From assembly GCA_044440125.1 (NCBI GenBank), contig JBITAJ010000028.1, forward strand, positions 1 to 64,000: 64,000 bases of DNA, given 5' to 3'. The translations under genes and the position numbers were made by a program. Origin of the DNA: Sedimentisphaeraceae bacterium JB056. Its GTDB lineage: Bacteria > Planctomycetota > Phycisphaerae > Sedimentisphaerales > Sedimentisphaeraceae. The notes below the pieces were generated by a model. That model did no database searches. It worked only from the letters and a program-made list of their open reading frames with translations, and was not told the DNA's origin. Positions 42,065 to 53,100 of this stretch are shown in pieces. The number at the start of each line of letters is the position of its first letter. Position 1 is the first letter of the stretch.

Positions 42065-42199
42065 CGCATATAATCCTATATAAATCTTTGCTAAAATCGC
42101 TCAATCCCAGAGAATCCCTTTATTTCCCGGTTTATCCCACCTCGTCTTGATGCACTCCGTCCCCGTGGCTGTACTCTTTTGATTACAGCTTTCGAGGAT

Positions 42200-42223
42200 A
42201 TACGATGGACTTCACCATCGTAT
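42200..42223 (-). terminator. Perfect 9-bp hairpin downstream of trkH
   Basis: ATACGATGG...CCATCGTAT inverted repeat; no clear U-tract. Confidence 0.4.
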
Positions 42224-42285
42224 CAATATACACTTATATTTTAGTTAAATTCAGCTCAAAACAAAAGATATTCCAAACCAAATCA

Positions 42286-44145
42286 TCAACCTACAACTAC
42301 AGCTTCATCGGGGTAGCTGTACTTGCTCGTTTTCGTATTGAACATAAAGGACGCCAGAAGTGTAAGAGGCCCAAGTCTTCCTGTAAGCATCGCAGCAATA
42401 ATTACGACCTTGCCTGCACTCGAGAGGGCCGCTGTAATACCAGTACTAAGCCCAACAGTTCCCATGGCTGAAGCAGCCTCAAACGCAATATCCATCATTG
42501 TAAAATCGCTCTGCCTTTCAGTTACACACAACGCAAAAATCGCAACAAGCAGAGCAATTATGTAGAATACCATAACCGTAAGTGCCCTGCCTATAATAAC
42601 ATACCTTATAGACCTTTTAAATATCTCTACCTCACCGCGGCCAAGGACAGTCGTCCACACAGCCATCACCAACACAACAAGTGTTACCGTCTTTATACCA
42701 CCTGCAGTTGAGCCGGGGCTGCCGCCTATACACATCAATACTATCGTCCACAACTTACTGGCACCGCTCAACTGCGATATGTCTACCGTATTGAATCCGG
42801 CCGTTCTCGATGTAACGCTCATAAAAGCCGCGTCCATAAAACGTCTGAATCCATTTTCATACCTTAGCCCTGCGTTGCCGGGATGGTTCTTCATTAGAAC
42901 CATAAACCCAATAGTTCCACCAATAATCAAACAGCCTGTTGCAAGCAAAGTAATCTTGCTTTGCAACCTCAACCTTTTCGGCTGCTGCGGCAGCATTAAG
43001 TCTGCCGGATGGGTGAATTTATACAATAAAATCCTAAATTTGTCCACAATTAAATTGGAAATATTATAAAGCACACTAAAGCCTAACCCTCCGATAACAA
43101 TAAGAGGGCAAACCACCCAATAAATCTCGCCGGAATAGGCATACTTCATGAAACTGTCACCAAAAAGAGCAAACCCCGCATTACAAAACGCACTTATAGA
43201 ATGAAATACGCTGTAATATATTTTTTGGCCTGCAGTTAGGTCGATTCCAGAAACCGTATCCCACATAGAATACAGTCCTGCGGCACCCAACGTTTCAGCT
43301 ATAATCGTAAACATAAAAACAAAACCAATCATACGCCCTATACGGCTAACAGTATCGGCACTCAAAAGGTCCTGCATGGCCACTGATTCACTAAGAGAAA
43401 ACGCCTTGCCGAAAAGCTGGGCAATAACCGCTCCAAATATCACAATACCAAGGCCGCCAAGCTGTATCAGAATCAAGATAACAAACTGCCCGTATATAGT
43501 AAAATCAGAACCTGTATCTTTTACAATAAGCCCTGTTACACATGCGGCACTGGTAGTTGTAAAGCATGCATCAACAACACTCAGATGACCATTATTGTGA
43601 AATGTAGGCAGCATCAGGAACCCGGCACCACCAAGAATAAGAACAATGAAGGAAATTACCAATATTCGCATTGGATTGCGGCCAGTAGCTGCAATCCGAA
43701 CCGTAAAACGACAAAGCTTATCCACAACCTGAATAATCAGGTATACACCCAAAGCAGTGCCTATTACCTTTTCAGGAATAAGTGTTGGAAAAAAACGGCT
43801 TGAAAATAGACTTATAACAACTAACCCAAACAACATTGGTATCTCAAGCCAGTTCTCACGGAGATATGCCAATTTGCTTTCTGATTTGCAGAGATTGTAA
43901 TATTTCTCTAAGACAAAGTATAAAAAGGCGAAAAAGTGGAATATATGCAGATACTCTATCTTTACTGGCGGGGTATAGAAACCAAAAAGAAGCACGAAGC
44001 TTACAATTACAAGCGTCCCTGCAATAAAGTTAAGCCAGTTTAAATCCCTAAAAAAGCTTTCTGGCAAACCAAAAAACGATAAGATTTTCAGTCCATCAGC
44101 TTTATTTTTTTGCTTTGGGTCATTCCCTTGCATTTTATCTGTCAC
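42286..44145 (-). CDS. trkH: TrkH/KtrB family potassium uptake membrane protein with N-terminal TM extension
   Basis: Four pore loops: SAACVTGL, SAFCNAGF, TSRTAGF, SAMGTVGLS; GGSPGSTAGGIK; GRLGPL. Confidence 0.92.
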   Translation of the reverse strand: MTDKMQGNDPKQKNKADGLKILSFFGLPESFFRDLNWLNFIAGTLVIVSFVLLFGFYTPPVKIEYLHIFHFFAFLYFVLEKYYNLCKSESKLAYLRENWLEIPMLFGLVVISLFSSRFFPTLIPEKVIGTALGVYLIIQVVDKLCRFTVRIAATGRNPMRILVISFIVLILGGAGFLMLPTFHNNGHLSVVDACFTTTSAACVTGLIVKDTGSDFTIYGQFVILILIQLGGLGIVIFGAVIAQLFGKAFSLSESVAMQDLLSADTVSRIGRMIGFVFMFTIIAETLGAAGLYSMWDTVSGIDLTAGQKIYYSVFHSISAFCNAGFALFGDSFMKYAYSGEIYWVVCPLIVIGGLGFSVLYNISNLIVDKFRILLYKFTHPADLMLPQQPKRLRLQSKITLLATGCLIIGGTIGFMVLMKNHPGNAGLRYENGFRRFMDAAFMSVTSRTAGFNTVDISQLSGASKLWTIVLMCIGGSPGSTAGGIKTVTLVVLVMAVWTTVLGRGEVEIFKRSIRYVIIGRALTVMVFYIIALLVAIFALCVTERQSDFTMMDIAFEAASAMGTVGLSTGITAALSSAGKVVIIAAMLTGRLGPLTLLASFMFNTKTSKYSYPDEAVVVG

Positions 44146-44186
44146 AATAGTAATAAGGGCTTAAAAACCCTGAAAAACTATAAAAA

Positions 44187-44927
44187 TTAATCAAACTCAT
44201 CACCCTTAAACATTCTTCCAAGATAGCTCTTCTTCACAAGATCGTCTTTGATAATCTCTGAAGGTTGGCCGGAAGCTATTACACGACCATGATCCATAAT
44301 GTAAGCTTTATCAACCACCTCAAGAGTTCTTTCTACATTATGATCTGTTATAAGTATGCTAACCCCTGATTCTACAAGGGCATATATCTCTTTTTGTAAT
44401 TCTTCGACAGCAATAGGATCAACGCCGCTGAAGGGCTCATCAAGCAGGATGAGAGATGGATTTGTCACCATCGCGCGGGCAATCTCGAGCTTTCGTCTTT
44501 CGCCTCCGGAAAGGAATTTCGCCTGCGACTTAAAAACCTCTGCCAATCCAAAACGCTCAGCAAGCTCAGAAGCAATTCTATTTCGCTCTTTCCGGGAATA
44601 CGGCATGGTCTCAAGTATTGCCTTAAGATTATCCTCGACGCTGAGACGCTGAAAGACACTCGGTTCCTGTGAAAGATAACCCATTCCAAGCCTTGATCGC
44701 TTGAACATCGGCTGTTTGCTTATATCATGACCATCGAACATGACTTCGCCGCAATCGGGTATTACCATACCTATGCACATACGGAAAGTCGTTGTCTTAC
44801 CGGCACCATTGCGACCCAACAATCCAACTATGGATTTGCGTTCCACTGAAATGGAAACCTCATTGACGACAGTTCTGCCGGAATAACGTTTTATAAGTCC
44901 TTTAGTTTCAAGCAGTTTCTCTGCCAC
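44187..44927 (-). CDS. lptB: LPS export ABC transporter ATP-binding protein
   Basis: GRNGAGKTT, GYLSQEPSVF, LSGGERRKLEIAR, LDEPFSGVDP, ITDHNV; GTG start. Confidence 0.93.
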   Translation of the reverse strand: MAEKLLETKGLIKRYSGRTVVNEVSISVERKSIVGLLGRNGAGKTTTFRMCIGMVIPDCGEVMFDGHDISKQPMFKRSRLGMGYLSQEPSVFQRLSVEDNLKAILETMPYSRKERNRIASELAERFGLAEVFKSQAKFLSGGERRKLEIARAMVTNPSLILLDEPFSGVDPIAVEELQKEIYALVESGVSILITDHNVERTLEVVDKAYIMDHGRVIASGQPSEIIKDDLVKKSYLGRMFKGDEFD

Positions 44928-45289
44928 AGCTTACCTCGTATATCAATTCTGCCTAAATTCACAATTATTATGCAGAAATAGTTAAAATATAATAACTTAT
45001 CGTAGATGAAACGATAAGGATCAATAAAAAGGCGAACCACAATATTTCGCCCTGCAAATCGTATCGAAATGAGCTTTATCTTGCAAGAAATAAATTAAAA
45101 AGTTAGTAAGCGTTCAAGCCGCTACTTAGAATCCTACTTTAAGACACAGTAGTTGCTGTTTGCGAAAAACCCAAACGGTATTCAACTTATAAAGCATTAG
45201 TGTTTTAGGTAAACGTGTGAACAGCTGCAGAAATTAGCCCTTCCTTTAATTTTAAACTTGCCGGTATTAAATATTTATGAAATATGCCT

Positions 45290-45329
45290 AAAAAATAAGC
45301 AGGCGACCATAAATACGACCACCTGCCTA
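45290..45329 (-). terminator. Intrinsic terminator after hflC
   Basis: Minus strand AGGCAGGTGGTC...GGTCGCCTGCTT stem (with G-U pairs) followed by ATTTTT. Confidence 0.6.
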
Positions 45330-45355
45330 CTAATGTTTGGTGATTTTCTGAAAAA

Positions 45356-46303
45356 TTATTCGGTAGAGCTTACCTCAAGAGTCTTTATATATCGGGTATA
45401 TTCGCTATCTGTAGAGAACATAATAGTTGAACCCTTGAGATTCTCTTTATAGCTTTCCATAGTTTTGAGGAAAGAATAAAATTCCGGATCGAGTGAATAA
45501 GCCTCTGCGTATATCTTTATCGCCTTAGCATCAGCTTCACCGCGAAGTTCTTCTGATGTCCTGTAAGCCTCTGAAAGAATCCTCTTCTGCTCATTTTCAC
45601 TCTCACCCTGAATACGCATCATCTCACCCTCACCTTCAGAGCGATACTCCGCGGCAACTCGAAGACGTTCCTCAACCATACGTTCATAAACCTTTTTCTG
45701 AACCTGCTCAGTATAGTTTATGCGTTTGATCTTGACATCGACCAATTCAATTCCAAAGCTGACCACAGCTTCTTTAGCACTCTCAAGTATGAGCATTTCT
45801 ATATCACTACGGCCTTTTTTGACATTCTGAAGCTCTTTATCACGTTCGCCTTCGATATCAACCTTTATGATCATATCCCTGTCAGAATCGCGAACCGCTT
45901 CGATAAGGTAATTGCTTGATATCAAGTTTCTCACCTCTGAATTGATTATATCATCAAGCCTGCTGTGAGCCGCCTCTTCATTTCCTAAAAGAGTCTTCAT
46001 ATAGAGAAGAGGATCGACAATACGCCATCTTGCGAATGTATCTACCAAAATATAACGTTTCTCAAGAGTAGGAAGCTGATTGGGCTTACCATCCCATTCA
46101 AGCAGCCTTTTATCAAAATAGTTGACCTTCTGAACAAATGGAAGCTTCAGTTTGAGTCCGGCATCTTTCTCTACTCGCTTGTACTCGCCAAACTGCGTTA
46201 TAACAACCTGCTTGGTTTCAGGAACAACATAAAGAAATGAATTAAACGCTATCGCCAGTATAAGGACGATTATTGATATTGTAAGCAGTGTTTTATTTTG
46301 CAT
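45356..46303 (-). CDS. hflC: FtsH protease modulator HflC
   Basis: SPFH domain, VITQFG, WRIVDP, RMVEER...RSEG, DPEFYSFLKTMESY. Confidence 0.95.
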   Translation of the reverse strand: MQNKTLLTISIIVLILAIAFNSFLYVVPETKQVVITQFGEYKRVEKDAGLKLKLPFVQKVNYFDKRLLEWDGKPNQLPTLEKRYILVDTFARWRIVDPLLYMKTLLGNEEAAHSRLDDIINSEVRNLISSNYLIEAVRDSDRDMIIKVDIEGERDKELQNVKKGRSDIEMLILESAKEAVVSFGIELVDVKIKRINYTEQVQKKVYERMVEERLRVAAEYRSEGEGEMMRIQGESENEQKRILSEAYRTSEELRGEADAKAIKIYAEAYSLDPEFYSFLKTMESYKENLKGSTIMFSTDSEYTRYIKTLEVSSTE

Positions 46304-47270
46304 TTTCCTGCTCTCCTAACCTCATAAATGGAACAAGCCCTTGAATATCTTCGTCAATTATGTATTTCTTCTCAAGGTTCGGCAATACCTCGCCCATAGC
46401 CTCAAGATACATACGTCTTCTGGTCACGTCCTTGCTGTTCTTATATTCCTCATATATCTGGGTAAATCTCGATGCATCACCCTCAGCATTGTTAACTCTT
46501 TCAACAGAATAGGCCTGAGCCTGCTTAATAAACTGCTGAGCCTGACCTCTTGTCATTGGTATGATCTCATTATATTGCTTACGGGCAGTGTTTACAAGAC
46601 GCTCTTTCTCCTGTTGAGCTGCATTTACCTCATTGAAAGCATGCTTAACACTCTCAGGGGGATTAACATCCTGCAAACGCACTGCTTCGATTCTTATACC
46701 CGACTTATAGCTGTTGAGTATCTCCTGCATCTGGCTGGCAGCCACATCGTTTATTTCAACCCTTCGTTCAGTAAGCACCTCATCAACCGATGAATCACCA
46801 ACAATATTTCTCATGACTGCCTCAGCGACATCACGTATGATACGCTGCGGATTACGCACATTGAACAGGTAGTCTTTGGGGTCCGAAACCCTGTATTGAA
46901 CGATCCACTCAACATCTGCCACACTCAAATCACCGCAAAGCATCAGAGATTCCTCCAGATACTTTCTATCGGCATATCGACTTTCAACTCCCGGTTGGAG
47001 AGTTCTGAATCCAAACTCCTCTTTAAAAACAGTGGTAAATTTAGGCGTTTGCACAGTTTCGACACCAAAAGGTATCTTGAAATGCAAGCCCGGATCAGTT
47101 ATACGGCTGAATTTGCCGAAACGAAGAACGACACCCTTCTCATCGGTATCAACTGTATAATAAGAGCTCGTTAAAGCACTTATAATCAGTATCGCTACGA
47201 TACCTATAAGCATGTACCGACTAAAAGCCTGAGGGTTAGGCGGTCTGAATTGAAATTCTTGATTTTCCAT
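46293..47270 (-). CDS. hflK: FtsH protease modulator HflK
   Basis: GVVLRFG, PGLHFK, VQYRV.DP..YLF, VNPP..V..AF, VTRRRMYLE. Confidence 0.95.
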   Translation of the reverse strand: MENQEFQFRPPNPQAFSRYMLIGIVAILIISALTSSYYTVDTDEKGVVLRFGKFSRITDPGLHFKIPFGVETVQTPKFTTVFKEEFGFRTLQPGVESRYADRKYLEESLMLCGDLSVADVEWIVQYRVSDPKDYLFNVRNPQRIIRDVAEAVMRNIVGDSSVDEVLTERRVEINDVAASQMQEILNSYKSGIRIEAVRLQDVNPPESVKHAFNEVNAAQQEKERLVNTARKQYNEIIPMTRGQAQQFIKQAQAYSVERVNNAEGDASRFTQIYEEYKNSKDVTRRRMYLEAMGEVLPNLEKKYIIDEDIQGLVPFMRLGEQENAK

Positions 47271-47701
47271 ATACTCTTTCTCTTAAAACATCTCGATTCT
47301 CTATAATTACATGACCTAACAACTGTCCTATAGTAACATACATATAACAATTCGTCAATTATCAAATTACCGCTCCCCAAAATATCGGAAGATTCCAGAT
47401 AAACCAATTTATTGCCATTTTAAGACAAATCTTCAGTTCACCCCAAACATTGTTAAATGATACAAGCTCAATTCTTCCCAAAATTGTTTATAAGATTCTG
47501 AGAACCGCAATTACCACTCTCAATTATATATTTCAAACATTTCGCCCTTTCACCTCTGCGTCCTATCGTCTAATAATTAATTTGGGGCCTTTAATGAATT
47601 TCGTAGTTAAAGCCTTGCAAGATTATTTAATTTAGGTAGTATTATTGAATTAATAATTTCGCATAGGGTTATTGCTAAATCACTTTAATTAGAAGGTTAA
47701 T

Positions 47702-48799
47702 ATGAAAAGCATCAATGAAAAATATGCTGAGGTTCTTGTTGATTATTCAATGAGAGTCAAAAAAGGTGATAAAGTCCTTATTTGCGGCAGCTATCTTGCC
47801 GAGCCGCTGATAAGAGAGGTATATAAAGAAGCCATAAAACGCGGCGGACTGCCAGAAACAAAGGTATCAATTGCGGGCACAGAAAAGATTCTTTATGAAC
47901 ACGCCAGCGATGAGCAGCTCAAATATATCTCACCTGTTCAGAAGCTCTACTACAATGAATATGACTGTTTGCTCAACATAGACTCACCATTCAACCTCAA
48001 AGAGCTTCAGAATGTAGACCCTGCAAAAAAGCAAGCCGTCTCGATAGCAAGAACCGAACTCAATAAGGTATTTATGGAACGCTCAGCAGCCGGCGATCTC
48101 CGCTGGACACTCTGCGTCCACCCAACCAACTCAGGTTCTCAGGAAGCGGGCATGAGCCTTGCCGAATACGAAGATTTCGTATATTCAGCATGTTTTCTGT
48201 ATGATGAAGACCCGCTTGCAAGCTGGAAAAGCCTTGCCGCCAAGCAGCAGCGTGTTGTGGATGAATTGAACAAAGCAACCAAAATCGAGTATAAGAGTGA
48301 TGATGTTGATGTAAGTTTCTCCTGCGATGGCCGTAAATGGATCAATTCCGCAGGAACATTCAATATGCCTTCAGGTGAAGTATTTACCACACCCGTTGAG
48401 GATTCTGTCAACGGCAAGGTAAGATTTTCATACCCCGGCATATTCATGGGACAGGAAATAGAAGACATAACGCTTGAGATCAAAGACGGACTTGTAGTAA
48501 AATGGGACGCGAAGAAAGGTCGCGAGCTTCTTGATAAAGTATTCGAAATCGAAGGAGCAAGACGCTTTGGCGAAGCTGCCGTAGGAACAAACAAAGGCAT
48601 ACAGAAATTCACAAGAAACATGCTCTTTGACGAAAAAATAGGCGGCACAATACACATGGCAGTAGGCGCGGCTTACCCTGAAACAGGCGGCAAAAACGAA
48701 TCAAGCATCCACTGGGATCTGCTTGCCGACATGACAAAAAACAGTTATATAAAGGCGGATGGAAAGGTAGTTTACGAAAATGGCGAATTCATCATCTAA
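47702..48799 (+). CDS. Aminopeptidase, M29 (AmpS/aminopeptidase T) family
   Basis: NMPSGEVFT, GE, LFDEKIGGTIHMAVG..Y, NESSIHWD. Confidence 0.93.
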   Translation: MKSINEKYAEVLVDYSMRVKKGDKVLICGSYLAEPLIREVYKEAIKRGGLPETKVSIAGTEKILYEHASDEQLKYISPVQKLYYNEYDCLLNIDSPFNLKELQNVDPAKKQAVSIARTELNKVFMERSAAGDLRWTLCVHPTNSGSQEAGMSLAEYEDFVYSACFLYDEDPLASWKSLAAKQQRVVDELNKATKIEYKSDDVDVSFSCDGRKWINSAGTFNMPSGEVFTTPVEDSVNGKVRFSYPGIFMGQEIEDITLEIKDGLVVKWDAKKGRELLDKVFEIEGARRFGEAAVGTNKGIQKFTRNMLFDEKIGGTIHMAVGAAYPETGGKNESSIHWDLLADMTKNSYIKADGKVVYENGEFII

Positions 48800-49604
48800 G
48801 ATAAAGAATCTGCTCTGTTGCGGCGGACACGATCACTGCCACGATCACACGCTTTCAGAAGAACTGAAAGAACATATCCCATTTACGCTTATAGGCGCAT
48901 TGTCGGGTATAATACTGATGGTGATATTCAACAAATTCTTCTCAGGCCATGGATACAAACTATTCAGAATATTCCATCCACTTCACGTAATACTCTCAGC
49001 CTTCGCCACAACAATGCTCTACAGGCTTCGCGCCCCCAAAAGCTCCTTGCTGAAACTGGTTATCATCGGTTATGTTGGAGCAATCGGAGTAGCCACAATA
49101 AGCGACTGCTTGATTCCATATTGCGGCGAAAGAATCATGGGGATAGCTGTTCCAAGCCATTCGCATGACCATACGGAACACGGGCATGAAGAACATGATC
49201 ACACCGAACATGTAGAAGAAGCAGCGACGCATCCGGTAGAAGATGGACATGACCACGAAACCTGCGATGAGCATACACCCGTCGCAGAAAAGCATGTTCC
49301 AGGAAGACCGGATATACATATCGGCTTTATCGAAGACTGGAAAACGGTCAATTCTGCCGCTATACTCGGTATCATACTGGGTATATTCTTTACCGCCGGA
49401 AAACTGCCTCATACAACCCACGTACTCGTAAGCACATGGGCCTCAATGGCGCATATCATGATGAACACGGCAAACCACCTAACTCCAATCAATTATGTTG
49501 GCATCTTCGTGGTTCTTTTCATAGCAGTGTGGCTGCCCTGCTGCCTGAGTGATATAGTATTCCCAACACTCTTCAGTCTCAAAAGCATAAACCCGGACGA
49601 CTGA
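48780..49604 (+). CDS. His-rich polytopic membrane protein of unknown function
   Basis: About 6 TM helices with intramembrane His/Asp/Cys (FHPLH, ISDC, PHTTH, PCCLSD), His-rich N-terminus and central loop. Confidence 0.75.
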   Translation: MANSSSKIKNLLCCGGHDHCHDHTLSEELKEHIPFTLIGALSGIILMVIFNKFFSGHGYKLFRIFHPLHVILSAFATTMLYRLRAPKSSLLKLVIIGYVGAIGVATISDCLIPYCGERIMGIAVPSHSHDHTEHGHEEHDHTEHVEEAATHPVEDGHDHETCDEHTPVAEKHVPGRPDIHIGFIEDWKTVNSAAILGIILGIFFTAGKLPHTTHVLVSTWASMAHIMMNTANHLTPINYVGIFVVLFIAVWLPCCLSDIVFPTLFSLKSINPDD

Positions 49605-50006
49605 TTATCTAAGCAATACAAAACAGATGGGAATTTACTATAAGTTAGATTCCGGCAAAGCCGAAAGGTGATGCCGGAAGTATCATAAGCGGTGTAAGGG
49701 ATAACGGCAATCGCCTAATCACAAACAACCACTACAAAGTCTGTAGACGCCCCATCAACATTTTCTGCTCATACCATCATCCATTGCCAATATTTCATTA
49801 AAACCGTTCTGGTAACATTAGTAAAATCACTAATATCAACAACTTAGACCACTCCCTCATTTTAAGACACCTGCCCCCGTTTCGTTATCGGGGAAGATGG
49901 TTTTTCGGATGTTACTGACTTGGAGACCGCGGTTGTTTAAAATTACTTTGCAGAAAATATTTATCTTTCTTATTTGAAGAAGACATTGTTATTTTACTAA
50001 AAGGCA

Positions 50007-50035
50007 TTGAATTAGTAAGCAAAGAATGTTATTCT
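50007..50035 (+). promoter_or_regulatory. Putative sigma70 promoter of the 1258-aa STAND gene
   Basis: TTGAAT-17 nt-TATTCT with TGn extension about 100 nt upstream of the ATG. Confidence 0.5.
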
Positions 50036-50137
50036 AATCATAAGCAGTGTATCAAATTTAGAAATGGACTTATTATGTAAGTAGAGACATTACTACTATA
50101 TTACTGCGTGGGACAAGTGTGTTGTTGAGGAAACTAT

Positions 50138-53100
50138 ATGACAAAGATAAATCAAATTCAAAATGCCATCAGAGAGTTAGATGGAGGCGCTTTTCAGAAA
50201 TTAGCGGATGAATATCTACAAAAGATTGGTTATCGCCCAATTAACCCAATAGGCTCCGTTGTAGGCAGTAATAAAGTTCGAAAAGGAACTCCTGATACAT
50301 TAATACCACTACCAAACGGAAAATATATTTTTGCGGAACATACCACTATTGCTCAAAACCAAGTCTGTGGAAAGTTTACAGAAGACATAGACAAATGTTT
50401 CGATGAAAGCAAGACAGGTGTTCCAGTTAGCAAAATAGAAAGGATTGTCTTATGTTATACCTCACAGTTGTCGTCTGGCGAGATAGAGAGTTTGCAAAAA
50501 AAGTGCCGAGAAGCCGGTGTAAATCTTAATCATTATGGACTTTCCTCCATTTCCTATGACCTGCTCCAGAAATATCCCGGTGTTGCTAAAGATAATCTTG
50601 GGGTCGAGGTAGATACCGGGCAAATTGTCGATTTGGATAGATTTATATCCTTATATGAAAAGAATAAGCTGACAACAACACTTGAAACTGCTTTTCATTT
50701 CAGGGATAAAGAAATAAACGATCTGCTTTTATCACTGGAGAATAATGACATAACGATAATATCAGGTAAGGCAGGAGTTGGTAAGTCGAGAATTGCGGTC
50801 GAATGTTTTCGGCAGTTTTTAGATGAAAATGATACTTACAAAGCTTATTGTATCTTTAACCAGAACGTTGAATTTTATGAAGATATTCGATCTTATTTTT
50901 CTGATTCCGGTAATTTTCTGATCTTTGTTGATGATGCTAACAGGGTTAGCGGATTCCAATATATAGTGCAACGGCTCCAGGTAAAACGTGATGATCAGAA
51001 TTTTAAGGTTCTGGTAACAGTTCGCGACTACGCATTAGAAAATGTCAAACAAATATGCAAGCCATTCGGGGAATACCAAGAAGTATGCCTGAACGCTTTT
51101 ACAGAGCAAGAGATAAAAACGCTTGTTCAAGATGAATTTGAGATAACTAATCATCTTTATTTAGAGAGGATAGCGGATATATCGCAAGGCAACGCCAGAT
51201 TGGCGGTAATGGCTGCATTGGTTGCAAAAGAACATGATACGCTCGAAGCCATAAGAGATGCATCTGCGTTATATGATAAATATTATTCATCAATAAAAAC
51301 CGATCTTGAAGCATTGAAAGATGAAGATATATTGAAGGTAGCGGGTATTGTGGCATTCTTTAGAAATATAGATAACACTAACACTGAATTTATGCAGTTG
51401 ATCGAAAGATTATTTGGAATACCTTGCGACGCATTCTGGAGCAAAGTCAAAAAGCTTCATGATATGGAAATACTGGACATGTACGAAAATGAAGTAGTTA
51501 AGGTTTCTGATCAAGTTCTTGCAACATATATTCTATATCTGGTGTTTTTTAAGGATGAAATTTTAGATTTATCGATTATCATTGAAGAGTTATTTCCTAA
51601 ATTTAAGCAACATATTGTTGAAACAATAAATCCAATAATTAATAACTTCAACTTTGATGAAATTAAAACGGATTTGCACTCTGCGATTGACAAAGTATGG
51701 GATAAAATCAAAATTAGAGACAAAAACGTGTTTCGACAACTTGTCAACATGCTTGGGCCTCTTTTGAAACCTGATGAAACGTTAAGTCTTATTCAGGAAG
51801 ATATTAAAAGTATGGATTTTGAAGATGTGGATATTGATAAAGTAGAATTTACGACCAAGTCCAATTCAAGCCTGCCCGAATTCTTGTCTGTGCTTCCTTC
51901 ATTTATAAATTCAAAAACATACACAGGTATATCCATAGATTTGCTGTTGTGTTATGTAAAAAAGAGACCCAAGGATACCTCTATTATTTTGCATTGTCTT
52001 ACAGATTCATACGGGTTCAATCTGTATTCTTACAGACTTGGTTATTATGTTCAATTCGAAGTAGTCAACAGATTGTTTAGGCGCAGTGATTCAGGACAAA
52101 ATGAGTACTTCTCAAGGTTATTCATTGCGTTATCTGAAAATTATCTACACACTCATTTTACAAGCTTTACAGAAAGAAAAGGGGCTGGAAATATATGTCA
52201 ATTTCTGTTGCCTGTATCTGATGAATTATGTGATTTAAGAAAACGGATATGGAATAATCTGTTTAATATTTATCAAATAGAGTATATGCAGAAATATATA
52301 CTTGATTTGTTGTTTGGTCATTCAGATTTCCATCATCATTCTATGCCTGGAAACATTGAGTCCGCGAAAGATATTATCAAAGCAGATGCACAGATAGTTC
52401 TTGCATTTTTCAAAAAGGAATTTGATGTTAATGATCTCTATCAGTGTATGATTGTTCAAAAATATCTCAAGATGCTGAAAAGACTTGGTCTTTCTTACGA
52501 TAAAGAAATAGAAACCAGCTTCACCTCTGCAACTTATTATTTATATAACCTATTTACCAACAAGATGGACAAGGCAGAGTTAAAGTTAAATCACAAGGAT
52601 TTTGAAGAATACAGGAAGAAAAAAATAAGCAAGCTAACAAGATCATTCAGTTTGGTCGATTATCAAAGCCTAATTGCCGAGATTTCTGAAATTATGAAGG
52701 TATCTAACGGGCATGCCAGTTGGGAGATTGAACGTGGTATTTCTTACATATTTGACGATCTTGCGGAAAAAGATCCTTCACTTTATGTTGAAGTTGTGAA
52801 AAGTTGCCTGATATCCGATAAACAATTGAGATTTGATGCATGGAGAGTAGTACCTAACCTTTTTAAGTTTTGTGGGGTCTCTGAGACATTTGAAATCTTA
52901 TCAAATGTGAACCGTTCGGATAAAGAGATGTGGTTATTCAACTATTATGTTTATCTACCTGAAGATTCGATAAGTCCAATTCATTTCAAAGAGTTGTCTG
53001 ACTTATATTCCACTGCCAAAGTTGAATGTATGACAAATGGGTTTGATTTTCTCTTAAAATATGAGGAAGTAGAAAAAGGGTATATTTTAAGCATACTTAA

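Noticed and set aside
42125..42150. Minus-strand GACGAGGTGG resembles part of the glmS ribozyme
   Set aside because: No AGCGCC cleavage-site motif or downstream ATCGA/GGCGG core; the downstream gene is ugd
49650..49700. GGCAAA-GCC-GAAA-GGT-GATGC resembles the c-di-GMP-I (GEMM) riboswitch P2 arm
   Set aside because: The downstream GCAAAGC...second hairpin and P1 are missing, the arm is closed by its own 8-bp stem, and it is about 450 nt from the next ORF
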